Shown here: piece after piece, positions 1 through 55,200 of the stretch | Layout: the number at the start of each line of letters is the position of its first letter | Position numbering within the stretch: the first letter of the stretch is position 1 | Assembly: GCA_002269645.1 (NCBI GenBank) | Contig: NIVC01001382.1 | Coordinates: 1 to 64,000, forward strand | Reading direction: 5' to 3' | Source of the DNA: Macrostomum lignano | Lineage: Eukaryota | Length of the DNA: 64,000 nt | Made by a program: the position numbers and the translations under genes | Notes under the pieces: generated by a model | Database searches by the model: none | What the model was told of the DNA's origin: nothing | Seen by the model: only the letters and a program-made list of their open reading frames with translations

Positions 1-1530
1 GTCAATTGGTTGGTGCCATTGTCTCTTGATTAACGCCACTGTCTCTTGATTAAGGCCACTGTCTCTTGATTGTCACTAATATCTCTTGATTGACGCCACT
101 GTCTCTTGATTAAGGCCACTGTCTCTTGATTGTCACTAATATCTCTTGATTGACGCCACTGTCTCTTGATTAAGGCCACTGTCTCTTGATTGTCACTAAT
201 ATCTCTTGATTGGCGCCACTGTCTCTTGATTGTCACTAATATCTCTTGATTAACGCCACTGTCTCTTCATTGTCACTAATATCTCTTGATTGGCGCCACT
301 GTCTCTTGATTGTCACTAATGTCTCTGATTAACGCCACTGTCTCTTCATTGTCACTAATGTCTCTTGATTGGCGCCACTGTCTCTTGATTGTCACTAATG
401 TCTCTTGATTGGCGCCACTGTCTCTTGATTAAGGCCACTGTCTCTTGATTGTCACTAATATCTCTTGATTGACGCCACTGTCTCTTGATTAAGGCCACTG
501 TCTCTTGATTGTCACTAATATCTCTTGATTGGCGCCACTGTCTCTTGATTGTCACTAATATCTCTTGATTAACGCCACTGTCTCTTCATTGTCACTAATG
601 TCTCTTGATTGGCGCCACTGTTTCTTGATTGTCACTAATGTCTCTTGATTGGCGCCACTGTCTCTTGACTGTCACTAATGTCTCTTGATTGGCGCCACTG
701 TCTCCTGATTGGCGCCACTTTCTCTTGATTGGCGCCACTGTCTCCTGATTGGCGCCACTGTCTCCTGATTGGCGCCACTGTCTCCTGATTAGCGCCACTG
801 TCTCCTGATTTGCGCCACTGTCTCTTGATTGGCGCCACTGTCTCCTGATTGACGCCACTGTCTCCTCCTGATTGGCGCCACGGTCTCTTGATTAGCGCCA
901 CTGTCTCCTGATTTGTGCCACTGTCTCTTGATTGGCGCCACTGTCTCCTGATTGACGCCAATGTCTACTGATTGGCGCAACTGTCTCTTGATTGGCGCCA
1001 CTGTCTTTTGCTTGGCGCCACGGTCTCCCGATTGGCGCCACTGTCTCTTGATTGGCGCCACTGTCTCCTGATTGGCGCCACTGTCTCGTGATTGGCGCCA
1101 CAGTCTCTTGATTAGCGCCACTGTCTCCTGATTTGTGCCACTGTCTCTTGATTGGCGCCACTGTCTCCTGATTGACGCCAATGTCTACTGATTGGCGCCA
1201 CTGTCTTTTGCTTGGCGCCACTGTCTTTTGCTTGGCGCCACGGTCTCCCGATTGGCGCCACTGTCTCTTGATTGGCGCCACTGTCTCCTGATTGGCGCCA
1301 CTGTCTCCTGATTGGCGCCACTGTCTCCTGATTGCCGCCACTGTCTCCTGATTGACGCCACTGTCTCCTGATTGGCGCCACTGTCTCCTGATTGCCGCCA
1401 CTGTCTCCTGATTGACGCCACTGTCTCCTGATTGGTGCAACTGTCTATTTGTTGGCGCCATTGTCTTTTGCTTGGCGCCACGGTCTCCCGATTCGCGCCA
1501 CTGTCTCCTGATCGGCGCCGCTGTCTCCAA
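1..1530. repeat. Minisatellite, 20-bp unit ATTGGCGCCACTGTCTC(C/T)TG
   Basis: Direct inspection; variant composition changes from left to right. Confidence 0.95.
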
Positions 1531-1615
1531 GGCAGCTAAGCTAAAACAGTCAGTCATCAAGCCTCTTTGTGGAACCAGTCACAAACATTCAACCATCGCA
1601 GCGTTTTTTACTAAC

Positions 1616-33030
<31,415 letters not shown>

Positions 33031-33374
33031 TCCTAGTGCAGCTGCAGGATTTCGATTCGTCTTCAAACCGAAGAAATGCTGAATTCTACTAGCCAATAAT
33101 CCATGCCAATCATCTGTACTGATCTTATTTATAATAGTAATTAGTATTATAACCAGAATTCTATTGGAAGTAATGCTTTCGCAAAGATAATTTCTTCTCC
33201 CTAAGTCAGTTTGGCTTTTATGGTGGGCGCCAGTGCTAACTGATCCGGGATTGACTGGCTGGAATCAGCGATTCTGATTGGCTGCTGACCAGCTTCCAGG
33301 ATGTCATTTCCAAGAAATGCTCGTAACTAGCATGATTCTAAAAAAGCTGACGCAAATCCTACTTGCTATGTTAG

Positions 33375-34480
33375 CGCCAACTATGACACATGATAGCGCC
33401 ACTATGACACACATGATAGCGCCACTATGACACACATGATAGCGCCACTATGACACAGATGATAGCGCCACTATGACACAGATGATAGCGTCACTATGAC
33501 ACAGATGATAGCGCCACTATGACACAGATGATAGCGTCACTATGACACACATGATAGCGTCACTATGACACAGATGATAGCGCCACTATGACACAGATGA
33601 TAGCGCCACTATGACACAGATGATAACGCCACTATGACACAGATGATAGCGTCACTATGACACATATGATAGCGTCACTATGACACAGATGATAGCGCCA
33701 CTATGACACAGATGATAGCGTCGCTATGACACATATGATAGCGCCACTATGACACAGATGATAACGCCACTATGACACAGATGACACATATGATAGCGTC
33801 GCTATGACACACCTGATAACGCCACTATGACACAGATGATAGCGCCACTATGACACACATGATAGCGTCACTATGATACACACATGATAGCGTCACTATG
33901 ATACACACATGATAGCGCCACTATGACACACATGATAGCGCCACTATGACACACATGATAGCGCCACTATGACACACATGATAGCGTCACTATGATACAC
34001 ACATGATAGCGCCACTATGACACACATGATAGCGTCACTATGATACACACATGATAGCGCCACTATGACACACATGATAGCGCCACTATGACACAGATGA
34101 TAGCGTCACTATGACACACATGATAACGCCACTATGACACACATGATAACGCCACTATGACACACATGATAACGCCACTATGACACAGATGATAGCGTCA
34201 CTATGACACACATGATAGCGTCACTATGACACACATGATAACGCCACTATGACACAGATGATAGCGTCACTATGACACACATGATAGCGTCACTATGACA
34301 CACATGATAACGCCACTATGACACAGATGATAACGCCACTATGACACACATGATAGCGTCACTATGACACACATGATAACGCCACTATGACACACATGAT
34401 AGCGTCACTATGACACACATGATAACGCCACTATGACACACATGATAGCGTCACTATGACACACATGATAGCGTCACTCG
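33375..34480. repeat. Minisatellite, 23-bp unit ATGATAGCG(C/T)CACTATGACACA(C/G)
   Basis: Direct inspection. Confidence 0.95.
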
Positions 34481-34939
34481 CCATTATGAAACACCCCACA
34501 GCTACTAAAAAGACGAGCTTTCATAGTCCATGCCACCGCCCCATTCAGGAACCAATCGTACAAGTGTTTGCCTATAGTAACCGATGGGCTCTGCTGCACT
34601 CTAAAGTGAAAATAATCAGTTTAAGCTGCTAGAGATGCCACCCCTGCAGTCACTTTACAAAGCCGAGTATATTATAGTTTCCACAGGCTCGCTGATCAAT
34701 ACTTGTGCTAATTAATTTCTCTCCACATTTTGCATTTGATTGACAGGTTTATCAAACTAATGCAAATCGGATGCGTAGTTGGCGTGGCTGGTCTGGAAAT
34801 AATTTTTTGCGAGTTTGAAGGCCAGGGTCATTTTTTATGGGAATCGATTGTACTGAGAATAGGTGGCTCTCGGAAGCTGTAAATAAATGCTATTGGTTTC
34901 AGTAACAATAGGGCTGACTGACAGCTCCGTTGCAGTGAG

Positions 34940-36303
34940 GGACAGGGCGGATGGGGAGAGGGGCGGATGGGGAGAGGGGCGGATGGGGAAAGGGGCGGAT
35001 GGGGAGAGGGGCGGATGGGGAAAGGGGCAGATGGGGAGAGGGGCGGATGGAGAGAGGGGCGGATGGGGAGAGGGCGGATGGGGAGAGGGGCGGATGGGGA
35101 GAGGGGCGGATGGGGAAAGTGGCGGATGGGGAGAGGGGCGGATGGGGAGAGGGGCGGATGGGGAAAGGGGCGGATGGGGAGAGGGGCGGATGGGGAAAGG
35201 GGCGGATGGGGAGAGGGCGGATGGAGAGAGGGGCGGATGGGGAGAGGGGCGGATGGGGAAAGGGGCGGATGGGGAGAGGGGCGGATGGGGAAAGGGGCGG
35301 ATGGGGAGAGGGGCGGATGGGGAAAGGGGCGGATGGGGAGAGGGGCGGATGGGGAGAGGGGCGGATGGGGAGAGGGGCGGATGGGGAAAGGGGCGGATGG
35401 GGAGAGGGGCGGATGGGGAAAGGGGCGGATGGGGAGAGGGGCGGATGGAGAGAGGGGCGGATGGGGAGAGGGACGGATGTGGAGAGGGACGGATGGAGAG
35501 AGGGGCGGATGGAGAGAGGGGCGGATGGGGAGAGGGGCGGATGGGGAGAGGGACGGATGTGGAGAGGGACGGATGGAGAGAGGGGCGGATGGAGAGAGGG
35601 GCGGATGGGGAGAGGGGCGGATGGGGAAAGGGGCGGATGGGGAGAGGGGCGGATGGAGAGAGAGGCGGATGGGGAGAGGGACGGATGTGGAGAGGGACGG
35701 ATGGAGAGAGGGGCGGATGGAGAGAGGGTCGGATGGGGAGAGGGGCGGATGGGGAGAGGGGCGGATGGGGAGAGGGACGGATGTGGAGAGGGACGGATGG
35801 AGAGAGGGGCGGATGGAGAGAGGGGCGGATGGGGAGAGGGGCGGATGGGGAGAGGGGCGGATGGGGAGAGGGGCGGATGGGGAGAGGGGCGGATGGGGAG
35901 AGGGGCGGATGGAGAGAGGGGCGGATGGGGAGAGGGACGGATGTGGAGAGGGACGGATGGAGAGAGGGGCGGATGGAGAGAGGGGCGGATGGGGAGAGGG
36001 GCGGATGGGGAAAGGGGCGGATGGGGAGAGGGGCGGATGGAGAGAGGGGCGGATGGGGAGAGGGACGGATGTGGAGAGGGACGGATGGAGAGAGGGGCGG
36101 ATGGAGAGAGGGTCGGATGGGGAGAGGGGCGGATGGGGAGAGGGGCGGATGGGGAGAGGGGCGGATGGGGAGAGGGGCGGATGGGGAGAGGGGCGGATGG
36201 GGAGAGGGGCGGATGGGGAGAGGGGCGGATGGGGAGAGGGGCGGATGGGGAAAGGGGCGGATGGGGAGAGGGGCGGATGGGGAGAGGGGCGGATGGGGAG
36301 GGG
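34940..36303. repeat. G-rich minisatellite, 16-bp unit GGATGGGGAGAGGGGC
   Basis: Direct inspection. Confidence 0.95.
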
Positions 36304-36892
36304 GGCATGTGGGGATTACAGAGAGTAGGCTACGGGAAATGCTAGGAAAACCCTGGAAAGCCTTGCCAACAGCATCAAATTAAAAATGCAATCAAAAATT
36401 GTTCAAAAGCATGTCATAGTGGCACTTCTGTTTCACAAGTAACTCAGACCTTTATGCAGAATTTTTAGCGTTAAAAAATTGCCTGTTGGCACTCCCAAAC
36501 ACTACCCTGACAGCTGAGCCAATATGAGTGCAAAAAGGTCGTACTCTCGGAGAGCTGTCAATCAGGGGTGAATACGCTTGTAAAATATTCCTCATCAAAT
36601 TTCAGTAGCTACCTGTTGTAGTTTATCGAAAGGTTTCAGATTGATTGTTATGAAAAATTTAGTATATTTTCTCAGTCAACTGAGAAGACATAAGCTGTCG
36701 AGAATTAGCGCGACACGATTTTAGTATTTTGTTATAATCGACTAGATTATATTTTTCAATTTTGATTTCTGAGGTGAAGCAGCTCGTCAGCCAATCTTTT
36801 TCTGGTTCTTGCCAATCCCATGCAGAGCTTTCTGATCAAAATGATTTTCGATCATGTAGGTTTAGAACTTTTTAGAAAGGACAGGAAATGGA

Positions 36893-37148
36893 CCATAGCA
36901 ACCAAAACTAGACCCATACCAACCAAAACTAGACCCATACCAACCAAAGCTAGACCCATACCAACCAAAACTAAAGCCATAGCAACCAAAACTAGACCCA
37001 TACCAACCAAAGCTAGACCCATACCAACCAAAACTAGACCCATACCAACCAAAACTAAAGCCATAGCAACCAAAACTGGAGCCATAGCAACCAAAACTGG
37101 ACAAGTAGTAACCAAAACTGGACAAGTAGTAACCAAAACTAGACACTC
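36893..37148. repeat. Minisatellite, 21-bp unit ACCAAAACTAGACCCATACCA
   Basis: Direct inspection. Confidence 0.9.
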
Positions 37149-37749
37149 AGCAACCAATGAGTCTTTAACCGAAAATGATGAAATACTAAACGAAAAACCG
37201 TTTATTTGATTCAATATTGTTCAGGAAATATTTTGCAAAAACTACGTTAGTCGCCTACTGAACTAGTAGTGCGATGCAGAAGCGTAAGCTATTTTCTGCT
37301 AAAAATTGTACCCCGTTAAAAGCCCAGGAAATTCTAATGAAAAATGCCTGGATGCCTGCAAACGTACGCTCCGTACTCGTACTGACACCAAAGTTATTAG
37401 ATAGCATAAAATATTATTCAGACACATCCATTAGCGTGTTGACAGTTGAAGTGCATGATTTGTCTAACTTTTTTCATTGATCGTTTCCTGGAAAATTGTT
37501 CTAAAATGACAGGCTTTTAATGCATCCGTAGATATATTTCTGGACTAAAATAGCATTTTATACGAGTGGTTCTGCATTTGTCCATTGTCGCGTAATGATG
37601 TGTTTTAGCACCTGTGAATTCGTTGGCAGAAACGTGTGGCGTAGAGCTACCTTTTTTATTTAAGGGGCCAGACGAAGAACTCCAGTTCATTGGCTGTGAG
37701 ATACCATGAATGAGAGTGAAAAGGTAAGGGAATAGAAGTTCAGAGACGA

Positions 37750-38220
37750 GAGAGGAGAGGAGAGAAGATAGATGGGATCAGAGAAAACACAAACGAAATG
37801 GGAGAGGGGAGAGGGGAGAGGAGAGGGGAGAGGGAGAGAAGAGGGGAGAGAGGGAGAGAAGAGGGGGGAGAGGGAAAGAAGAGGGGATAGAGGGAAAGAA
37901 GAGGGGAGAGAGGTGAAGAAGAGGGGATAGAGGGAAAGAAGATGGGAGAGAGGGAGAGAAGAGGGGAGAGAGGGAGAGAAGAGGGAAGAGAGGGAGAGAA
38001 GAGGGGGAAGAGGGAAAGAAGAGGGGATAGAGGGAAAGAAGAGGGGAGAGAGGGAGAGAAGAGGGGATAGAGGGAAAGAAGAGGGGAGAGAGGGAGAGAA
38101 GAGGGGAGAGAGGGAAAGAAGAGGGGTGAGAGGGAGAGAAGAGGGGAGAGAAGGAGAGAAAACGGGAGAGAAGCATAGAAGAGGGGAGAGAGGGAAAGAA
38201 GAGGGGGAGAGGGAGAGAAG
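37750..38220. repeat. Purine-rich 20-bp repeat GAGGGGAGAGAGGGAGAGAA
   Basis: Direct inspection. Confidence 0.9.
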
Positions 38221-38349
38221 GCGCTGTTTGTAGTGGGAATTAATTAGTTTAATCAAGAAATAAGTCTGGAGTTTACAAAAGGGGTGCTCTGCATTGAAGC
38301 CAAAGGTTTTTATCTGCTCGACATTGAAGGATAAAAAAATTCGCTAATT

Positions 38350-38530
38350 CGACAGCTAAGCGGTAAACGAAAGCCCCTGGTTTGATCCCCGGTTCGCTTG
38401 TGGTGCAAGCATGTTGGGCGAAGGGATAATCGTGCTTGGCCCCCCAAAGCACAGAGGGTGTACATGCCTGACGATGATTAGAAAGTCAAAGGACCGATGT
38501 ACACCCTTATGTGTGAGCGTGTGTGACAGT
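38350..38530 (+). mobile_element. Diverged partial SINE related to 13306-13655
   Basis: Degenerate A/B boxes; shares GTGTACATGCCT..ACGAT...TGTACAC...TGTGAG.GTGTG. Confidence 0.65.
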
Positions 38531-39596
38531 ACTATTTTCTTCCAAAATCAAGAAGTTTCACTGCCAGCGCGTGAAAGTTAAGCAGAATCGACTGCGGTTA
38601 GTATATAGTTATGAATAGAGCCTACGTCACTCACATAAGGCAGTCAGTTTATACATTGTACAGTTGAAAATACTTCAAAACGAAGCGTACTTAACGAACA
38701 ACCAATTGATGAACGGTCGTTGAGAATCATGAAATTTACAGCCATCCTCATTATCTATCAATTATCTCATCTAAGAGCTAAGGTCAGCATTAATAATTTC
38801 TAATCAATCTTAAATCCTATTGAGCCAACCGCATGTGGCCAAAAAGCAAGCAAAAATCCATTCATCCTAACAAAACAACCCACGCATTGGAATACTCTGG
38901 TAGAAGGTCTACGTTTCTTGAAAAAAATAGGAGGCAGGTTTTACGTAGGATATAAAATTAACATAGAATCATCATTTTATCATTATCATTAAAACAATGA
39001 CAGCTTTTGTGCTGAAAAAATAGAAGCCCGCCTCCTAAAATTTTGTTATAAAGTACTAGAAGTTATAAATTAGTAGAACTATTTAGCCTATAGTTAGCAC
39101 CCTATGAAAAACAAAAACATATTTTACAGCGTCTTCCATGGGCCGCGTAATTAATTAAATTATTATAGGGGGGGGGGGTACTCAATGGTGCTCAATTTTC
39201 AGCCTATACGCAGCAGCTTGATATTCTCTTGAGGTTGGCGCATGCCTAATGCTCTTTGAAATATCCCGACTGTTATATATCTATCTCACCCCACCAACTC
39301 CCATTCTCCCTTCTCTGACCAGTTCCATCCCATGCTGTTCCCTTGTCTAATCACCCTATGCCCGCCTGGAGTCTCTAGTATCCATGGCAACTCAACTGGA
39401 AGGCAAGGAAGCTAAATATATGGCTCAAAGCATTCCTATTGGCTGTTGAGTGCAGGCCCATGGGGCTGCTACAGATTGAAGAGAGCGATGAGAGATCTGC
39501 AACCCCCCCGCCAGCATTGAGGTAAAACAGCACCGCTCAGTTGAGTTTCTTTATTCAACTCGGGAAATTTTTTCCTTGACCCCCAGTCTCCAGAGC

Positions 39597-49445
<9,849 letters not shown>

Positions 49446-50958
49446 ACTGGCTGTTTGCTTTGAAAATTTGATACCGAAAATTTTCATTGATCGCATCGAA
49501 TCGATTGACCAAATACTCGTACAGGTCCCATATCGTTTTACGTTTCGAATTGCAATATCGCGACTGCTTATTTGCCTGTCTTTGAGCAGCCATGAACCTC
49601 TAGCTGCCCGTTTCTCTGCGTGATACTGCATCGATTTCAGTTCTTCCTTTCGTTGCAAAATTTCGTGCGTGTTGCCCACGCTTTCAAAGAACCGGGCTTT
49701 TAATAATTGATTGAAAGAATGAAAATCTTTGCCCTCGTGATTAAATTCTGCAGATGTAATTAAGTAAAATCAGCTAATAATTTTAGCACGAATTAACAAA
49801 TATGTGTAGAGTAATGACAAAAATATTAAAATTTTATTGAATCCTGTTCGGCACTCTTACAGAGGTAACTTGGTAAAATCAGTTGAAAACCGAATTAGTC
49901 GGTAAGAATGGACAGGATTTGCTTTCAAAGAGAGACAGTATGCGCTGGTATCGGGCATTATCTCCCGAAAAAACCTCTGGGATCTTCATTTTTCTGTGTG
50001 CAAAGCTCATTTCTTCCTATTTTCAAGCGCTATAGCTTCGGTACCCAGCGCTGGGAATAAAAAATGCGGTGTTCGATGGATAAATTTACAGACATTTTCT
50101 TTCAGTTCAGGTATAACGCAGTATATAGATTAGGGCGTGAGAGTGTCGAACAGGTAAAATATTAGTCTTCTTTGAGACGCGTTTCTAGCTTCGTGTATAC
50201 GTAGTCTTTTTATATCCTAGAAGTCAGATTTTGCGCCTAGAGATAAATAAATTATGCGGGAGAAAATCGTTTCAACATTCAATATAAGTATACGCAATTA
50301 AATTCATTCAATACGTATGCAGTTACCTGCAGTTTCTGGAGGATAGAGCTATTTTTTGTCTTTTCAATGTTCATGTTTGGAAGGCAGTTCTTACTGTCAT
50401 GTAGTTAATAGGTTCGATAAATTAGATGGGTTAATAATTATAAAAATCCGCAAAAAATAATGACGAAAAACTATATTACTTTTGTTACAGCTTACTAGTA
50501 AATGGAATCGTTTGCATGTTAATTTCTGCTTACTAATATTCCCTAGCAAAGTTGTCTTCCTGCTGTTTCAACTAGCTAGCTATACCCACAATTAGCTAAT
50601 AATATGGATTCCCAAATTCTTTTCGGCATCAAGAGATAGCTTTACGAATGCTATAGCCTCTGAGCCTCTTCAGCCGCTAATCCAAGTATGCTAAAGGAAG
50701 TGCATCGTTAGAATACTTCTTGTAAAAATCTAAACCAATTTGACATAAAACGTATAAAAATATGAAGTTTATGCCCTCAAAAAAGAGAAAAACAGATTAA
50801 TACAAAATAAGCAATTCGCAGTAAAACTATATGGCCTAAGGAAAACAATGCAAAGCTAATTGTGCAAAATTCACTGAGTTCTCATTTTGAAAAAAATTTA
50901 ATAAAAATGTACCGTTAAAAATAATAAAGGCAGGCTCAGCCCGTACTAGATAACATTA

Positions 50959-51358
50959 GTGCTATTTCTAACGCCGAGACCTGGACGCAGACGGAGTCGC
51001 TCGAGCAACAAGATGACGCGGCGCACGCTGGCCTGCTGCGCGCCGCCTCCAAGATCGACTACGAGCGAGTGACCAACCCGGTTTTGTATCACCGCACCGG
51101 CCTAGTCCGTCCAAGCGACCTGTTGCGTCGTCGGCGACTCCAGCTGGCAGGCCGTATCGATACCCACAGCCGGTGCAGGAGGTGCTGCTGCTGCTGACGC
51201 TGCAGGCACTCTACCGGCGGGTGCAGGCCTGCACTCCGCGTTTCGTCGACTGCCTGCTGGCCTGCTGGATTCGGCCGGCGGCGTGTCGTTCGTTCGCGAC
51301 CTGGCCTTGAGACGCGCCCTGTGACGCTAACTGCGTATTTTGTTGTTGTCATTGTTAA
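50959..51358 (+). mobile_element. 5'-truncated non-LTR retrotransposon (LINE) 3' end, frameshifted
   Basis: NAETWTQTESLEQQDDAAHAGLLRAA...RPSDLLRRRRLQLAG resembles the post-RT C-terminus of RTE/L2-like LINEs; stop at 51322 followed by a (TTG)n-like tail. Confidence 0.8.
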
Positions 51359-52212
51359 TAACTTCTTGCTACATTGCTTCTAGAAGTTCAAATTCAAACA
51401 TTTTGTTAGTTTTTGACTGCTGAATTTGTGCTTTATTTTATCCCCAGTGAAGCACAAAGGCAAATCATAAAAATAGATGTGCGATTCATATTTTATAGAA
51501 CCTTGAGTCCCGTTACCATTATTTAGCAGAAAAAAATGAAGCGTGTACTACAAATCAGATTTTTTAAGTCCAATACTTTGTGTATTTTGCTGCAGACATA
51601 TATATGGATACATCAAATTTATCTGCCTCGGCACAATAGCAAGAATTAGGATTGTTAGCAACTCGTACAATAATGTAATGATTTGAAGTGCAATGTTAGC
51701 ACTAAAGCTATAAACTACATTTAACAAACTTTCAGACAGTATACGAAGGTAATCGATCAGGTAAACAACAGCAAATCGAATTTCATAAGTAAACACGGAA
51801 TAGTTAGAACGCTAGAAACGAAACAATCACTAAAACTCCAATGTCTAAATGAATTCTAAATGAAAATACGCGTCGTAAATGTACCTAATCTTTTTTGAGA
51901 CATTAGTTAAACAAGCTACCCGTCAACTGTCTAGCTTTTAAATAAATAGATGAAGTTGAACTATTCTACTACTGCTAGCAGCTTGTGTGGAACTTATTTT
52001 TCTAGATTGTAATGCTTTAAAGCAAATATAGAAAAATTTAAGTTAATAATAGCTTTTGTTTAAAATCAAATAGGGAATGAAAAAAAATCTGGCATTTTAA
52101 CTGTCAGACGTGTCATTCTTTGTTTCGTTTCGAAACGATGGATTTAAATTTTATCTAGTCTGCTACTACGAGTATGATTCAACACAGACGGAGAATCGTC
52201 ACAAAATCTGTT

Positions 52213-55200
52213 TCAACCGCGCTTAGACTTCCCCTCGGCTAGCCTGGCCCTGATGTTGCTCAGGCGGCCCTGCATTCGCTTCACTTTGCGCATCATCTGC
52301 GGAATCAGGCGTGCAGGATCTCCCAGCTCAACTTCGCCAACCAGTTTGGCCCGCTGGCCACGCATCGCGAAAGCCTGCAGAGTGAGGAAGTAGATGATTC
52401 GGTGCTTACTGAACGTCCTTCGGCGCAGCACGATTTCTTCGTGGCGCAGCGTCTCCCAGATTGTTACGACCCAGCGCGCCAACTCGCCCAGAATGCTCAG
52501 CGGAGGCGGCAGCGGCGATCGAACCATGAACTCTTCGAGCAAGTCGTATCTTTCGAACTGCCACATGGCCATCGACTTCTTGTCGATCTCGTCGACAGTC
52601 TTGGAGAAGGACGCAACGATGAGGTTTAGGAGCAGGACGGACACGATAATGATGTAGATGGTCATTATTATATTAGGCACGATAACTTGGCCCAGCGGAT
52701 GCGGACACTTCTTGCTGTCCGCGCAGTCTTTTCCAGACACCAAGTCGGAGCTATACTCGCCAACCATGGCGTAGAAAGTGATTTTGAACATGCTCTGGAA
52801 GATGTCCGCTCCCGAGGTTTGCGTCGGATTGCCCATGTAGTAGCCATTTGGAAACAGCATGGAGTGGATCATGATGCCGAATCCGAACATCATGATAGCC
52901 AGCATGATCAGGAACGGTACGAAGTCTCGCGTAATCATTACTGATATCATCTTGAGCTTCGGTCCGAGGGTTTCCATCACAGTTGACACATAAAGCAGAC
53001 GCATCCAGTACACGAGGCAAGCCATCTGCAGAAGAAACCGAGTCCACCAATAGTACATGTCGGTGAACACGTACTTGTAGCTATCGGTAGCGGTGTTCTT
53101 TAGCATAGGCATTCGCATGCAGAATCCGACAAAGCTGAGGGTCAGACCGATTGTGTCCAGTATGTTCCACCCATCTGTTATGTGATTCAGCACGGATCCG
53201 TTGATGCGGGCGTGATTGATCTCGTGCAACTCCTCGAGGAAGAAGCCGAGCAGAAATAGATACACAATTATCTCAGCCATAGAGATTTGGTATTCGAACT
53301 TAACCACCACAACGTAAGAGAAGAAACCAATAAAGATTATGTGAGCCAATATATGGTAGTGAAACTTGACAGCCGGTGTGAAATAGAATCCGAACATGGT
53401 GCGCGCGTACAAGCCGATCACATTTAGGAAAAAGTTCCCGCCCATCGGTCGGCCAGACTCGTGCAGAATCGTTTCTTTCCACATGACGCCAGTCTTGTCG
53501 TCTGGCTTGGCGGAATTATTCGGGTCAGTTGGAGGCTGGACGAGGTCACATCCTGTTCTTTCTCGGTTTTTTCTTCGGCAACTACTTCGTCGGCCTCGGT
53601 CTCGCTGTCCTCAGGATCGTCAATATCGTCGTCACTTGAGATTACGACGGCCTCGATGCGATCAGTCTGGGCCGTCTCGCCAGGAAAACTGCCCTCCAGA
53701 TGACAGGTGGTGATCCACAGCTTGCGCAGCAGTACAAACAGCAGCGGATTGAATGGTATCAAACCGAGTGCGATCAGGAATTCCCGATAGAATGAGCTCG
53801 TGTGGTACAGTCGCTTGAACCACTCTCGATCCACGCCGCCCTGCACCGCCTGCATGACCATGAAAGAGTCGCTCTGGCCGTGGCTGGCGAGCCCCATGCA
53901 GGTAAGGTCACCGTAGGCCGGCAAGCGCTGGCGGAGGAAGTTGATGGCTACCATTTTCTTTTCGCTAGTGTCGATGGTATTGACAGAACGAACTAGCGTC
54001 ATGCAGATGCTTTCAACTCTGTCAGCCACCTGTTCCATGGTTTTCTTAGTTGGTCTGGGAATGCCAGAGATGACCTGCAGCTTTCGCAGCAGAGCCACGC
54101 AGAATAAGCCATTAGGCAGGATGTCAAACTGCTCGCTCTTTAAAAGCTCCTCTGTCAGATGGAATCGTCCAGACATCACTGACCATACGGTGAGGGTCCC
54201 CGTAGGGTCTCGAAGGAATTTTCTATTCTGGTCTTCGATCGGCTCTATCAGTGGAAGTTTCAGCCTATTGTTAAAGAACTTCGTCATGAGATCAGGCCGC
54301 CACGTGCCTCGTTCTTTGTCGATAAACGTCTTGTGCATCAAGGCTACCATCCCAGTAGATCCAATCTCTGAGCAGTTTTCATACATTATCTCGATGCTGT
54401 CTTCGAGACACTTCTGGATCTTTGGCCATAACGTCGTTCCGAACATAATAGTGGTTAGCAGCTCAACGTCTTCTCTAAATAGTACCAGCTTGCGAACCAT
54501 ATTAACAAAATTCGGTATGCAATCTGCTTCTATCAACATGGACGAAAGATTGTTGGCCGCGATCAGCTGTACCACTCGGCGGAATTCAATGAAATCGATG
54601 CGATCGTCGCATGCGATTCGATTGATAGTCTCTTGCTTCTCCTCATCCGATAGCTTCACCGTTTTGTGGTGGGCAGTGAGCACTGGACTCTCCACTGGAT
54701 TCTCCATGTCGTCGTCGATAGCGTCAAGAACCTGGATCACTCGGTTGAAGTGCTCGCACTCAATAAGCGCATTAATGCTCGGGCAGTCTTCAGGCACCAT
54801 GCTGGCAAAGTAGTCAGCCAATCCAGACAGAGTGTTCTGGTTGCCCATCCGCAGGACAATGTCCATCGGTGTGTGCCTGTCATCGTCGTATTTACGCACG
54901 CTGGCGCCGCGCTCCATCAGCAGTTTCATCAGCGGCAGAGACTGGGCCAGAGCCGCGTAATGCAGCGGCGTTCTATCGTTGGCACCGCGAGCGTCAATAT
55001 CGGCGGTGCCTTTCATTAGGAGACGGGAAATCACCACTTGGCCGTCTTGGCAAGCCTGATGCAGCGGCATGTTTCCAGCCTCATCCGGCAGATTGCAGTC
55101 GGCTCCAGCAGCCATCAGGATTTTAATTAGACGTGGCTCCTCGACCACGCATGCGGCGTGCAGCGGCATCTGGATGTCTTCGTCCGGCTCGTTCGGATCG

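Noticed and set aside
1-1560. Multiple QETVAPIRRQWRQSGDSGA ORFs
   Set aside because: These are translations of a 20-bp minisatellite, with ORFs in several frames and no unique domain.
34887-36383. 450-500 aa Gly/Arg/Glu-rich or Pro-rich ORFs on both strands
   Set aside because: The G-rich 16-bp repeat lacks stops in all frames, so the ORFs are a compositional artefact. The same applies at 23.0-23.5, 32.3-32.9 and 37.7-38.2 kb.
53560-53580. Programmed -1 ribosomal frameshift at AAAAAAC in the TRP gene
   Set aside because: The heptamer is not in the X_XXY_YYZ register of the zero frame (GAA AAA ACC). A homopolymer error is simpler, given the other indels in this window.
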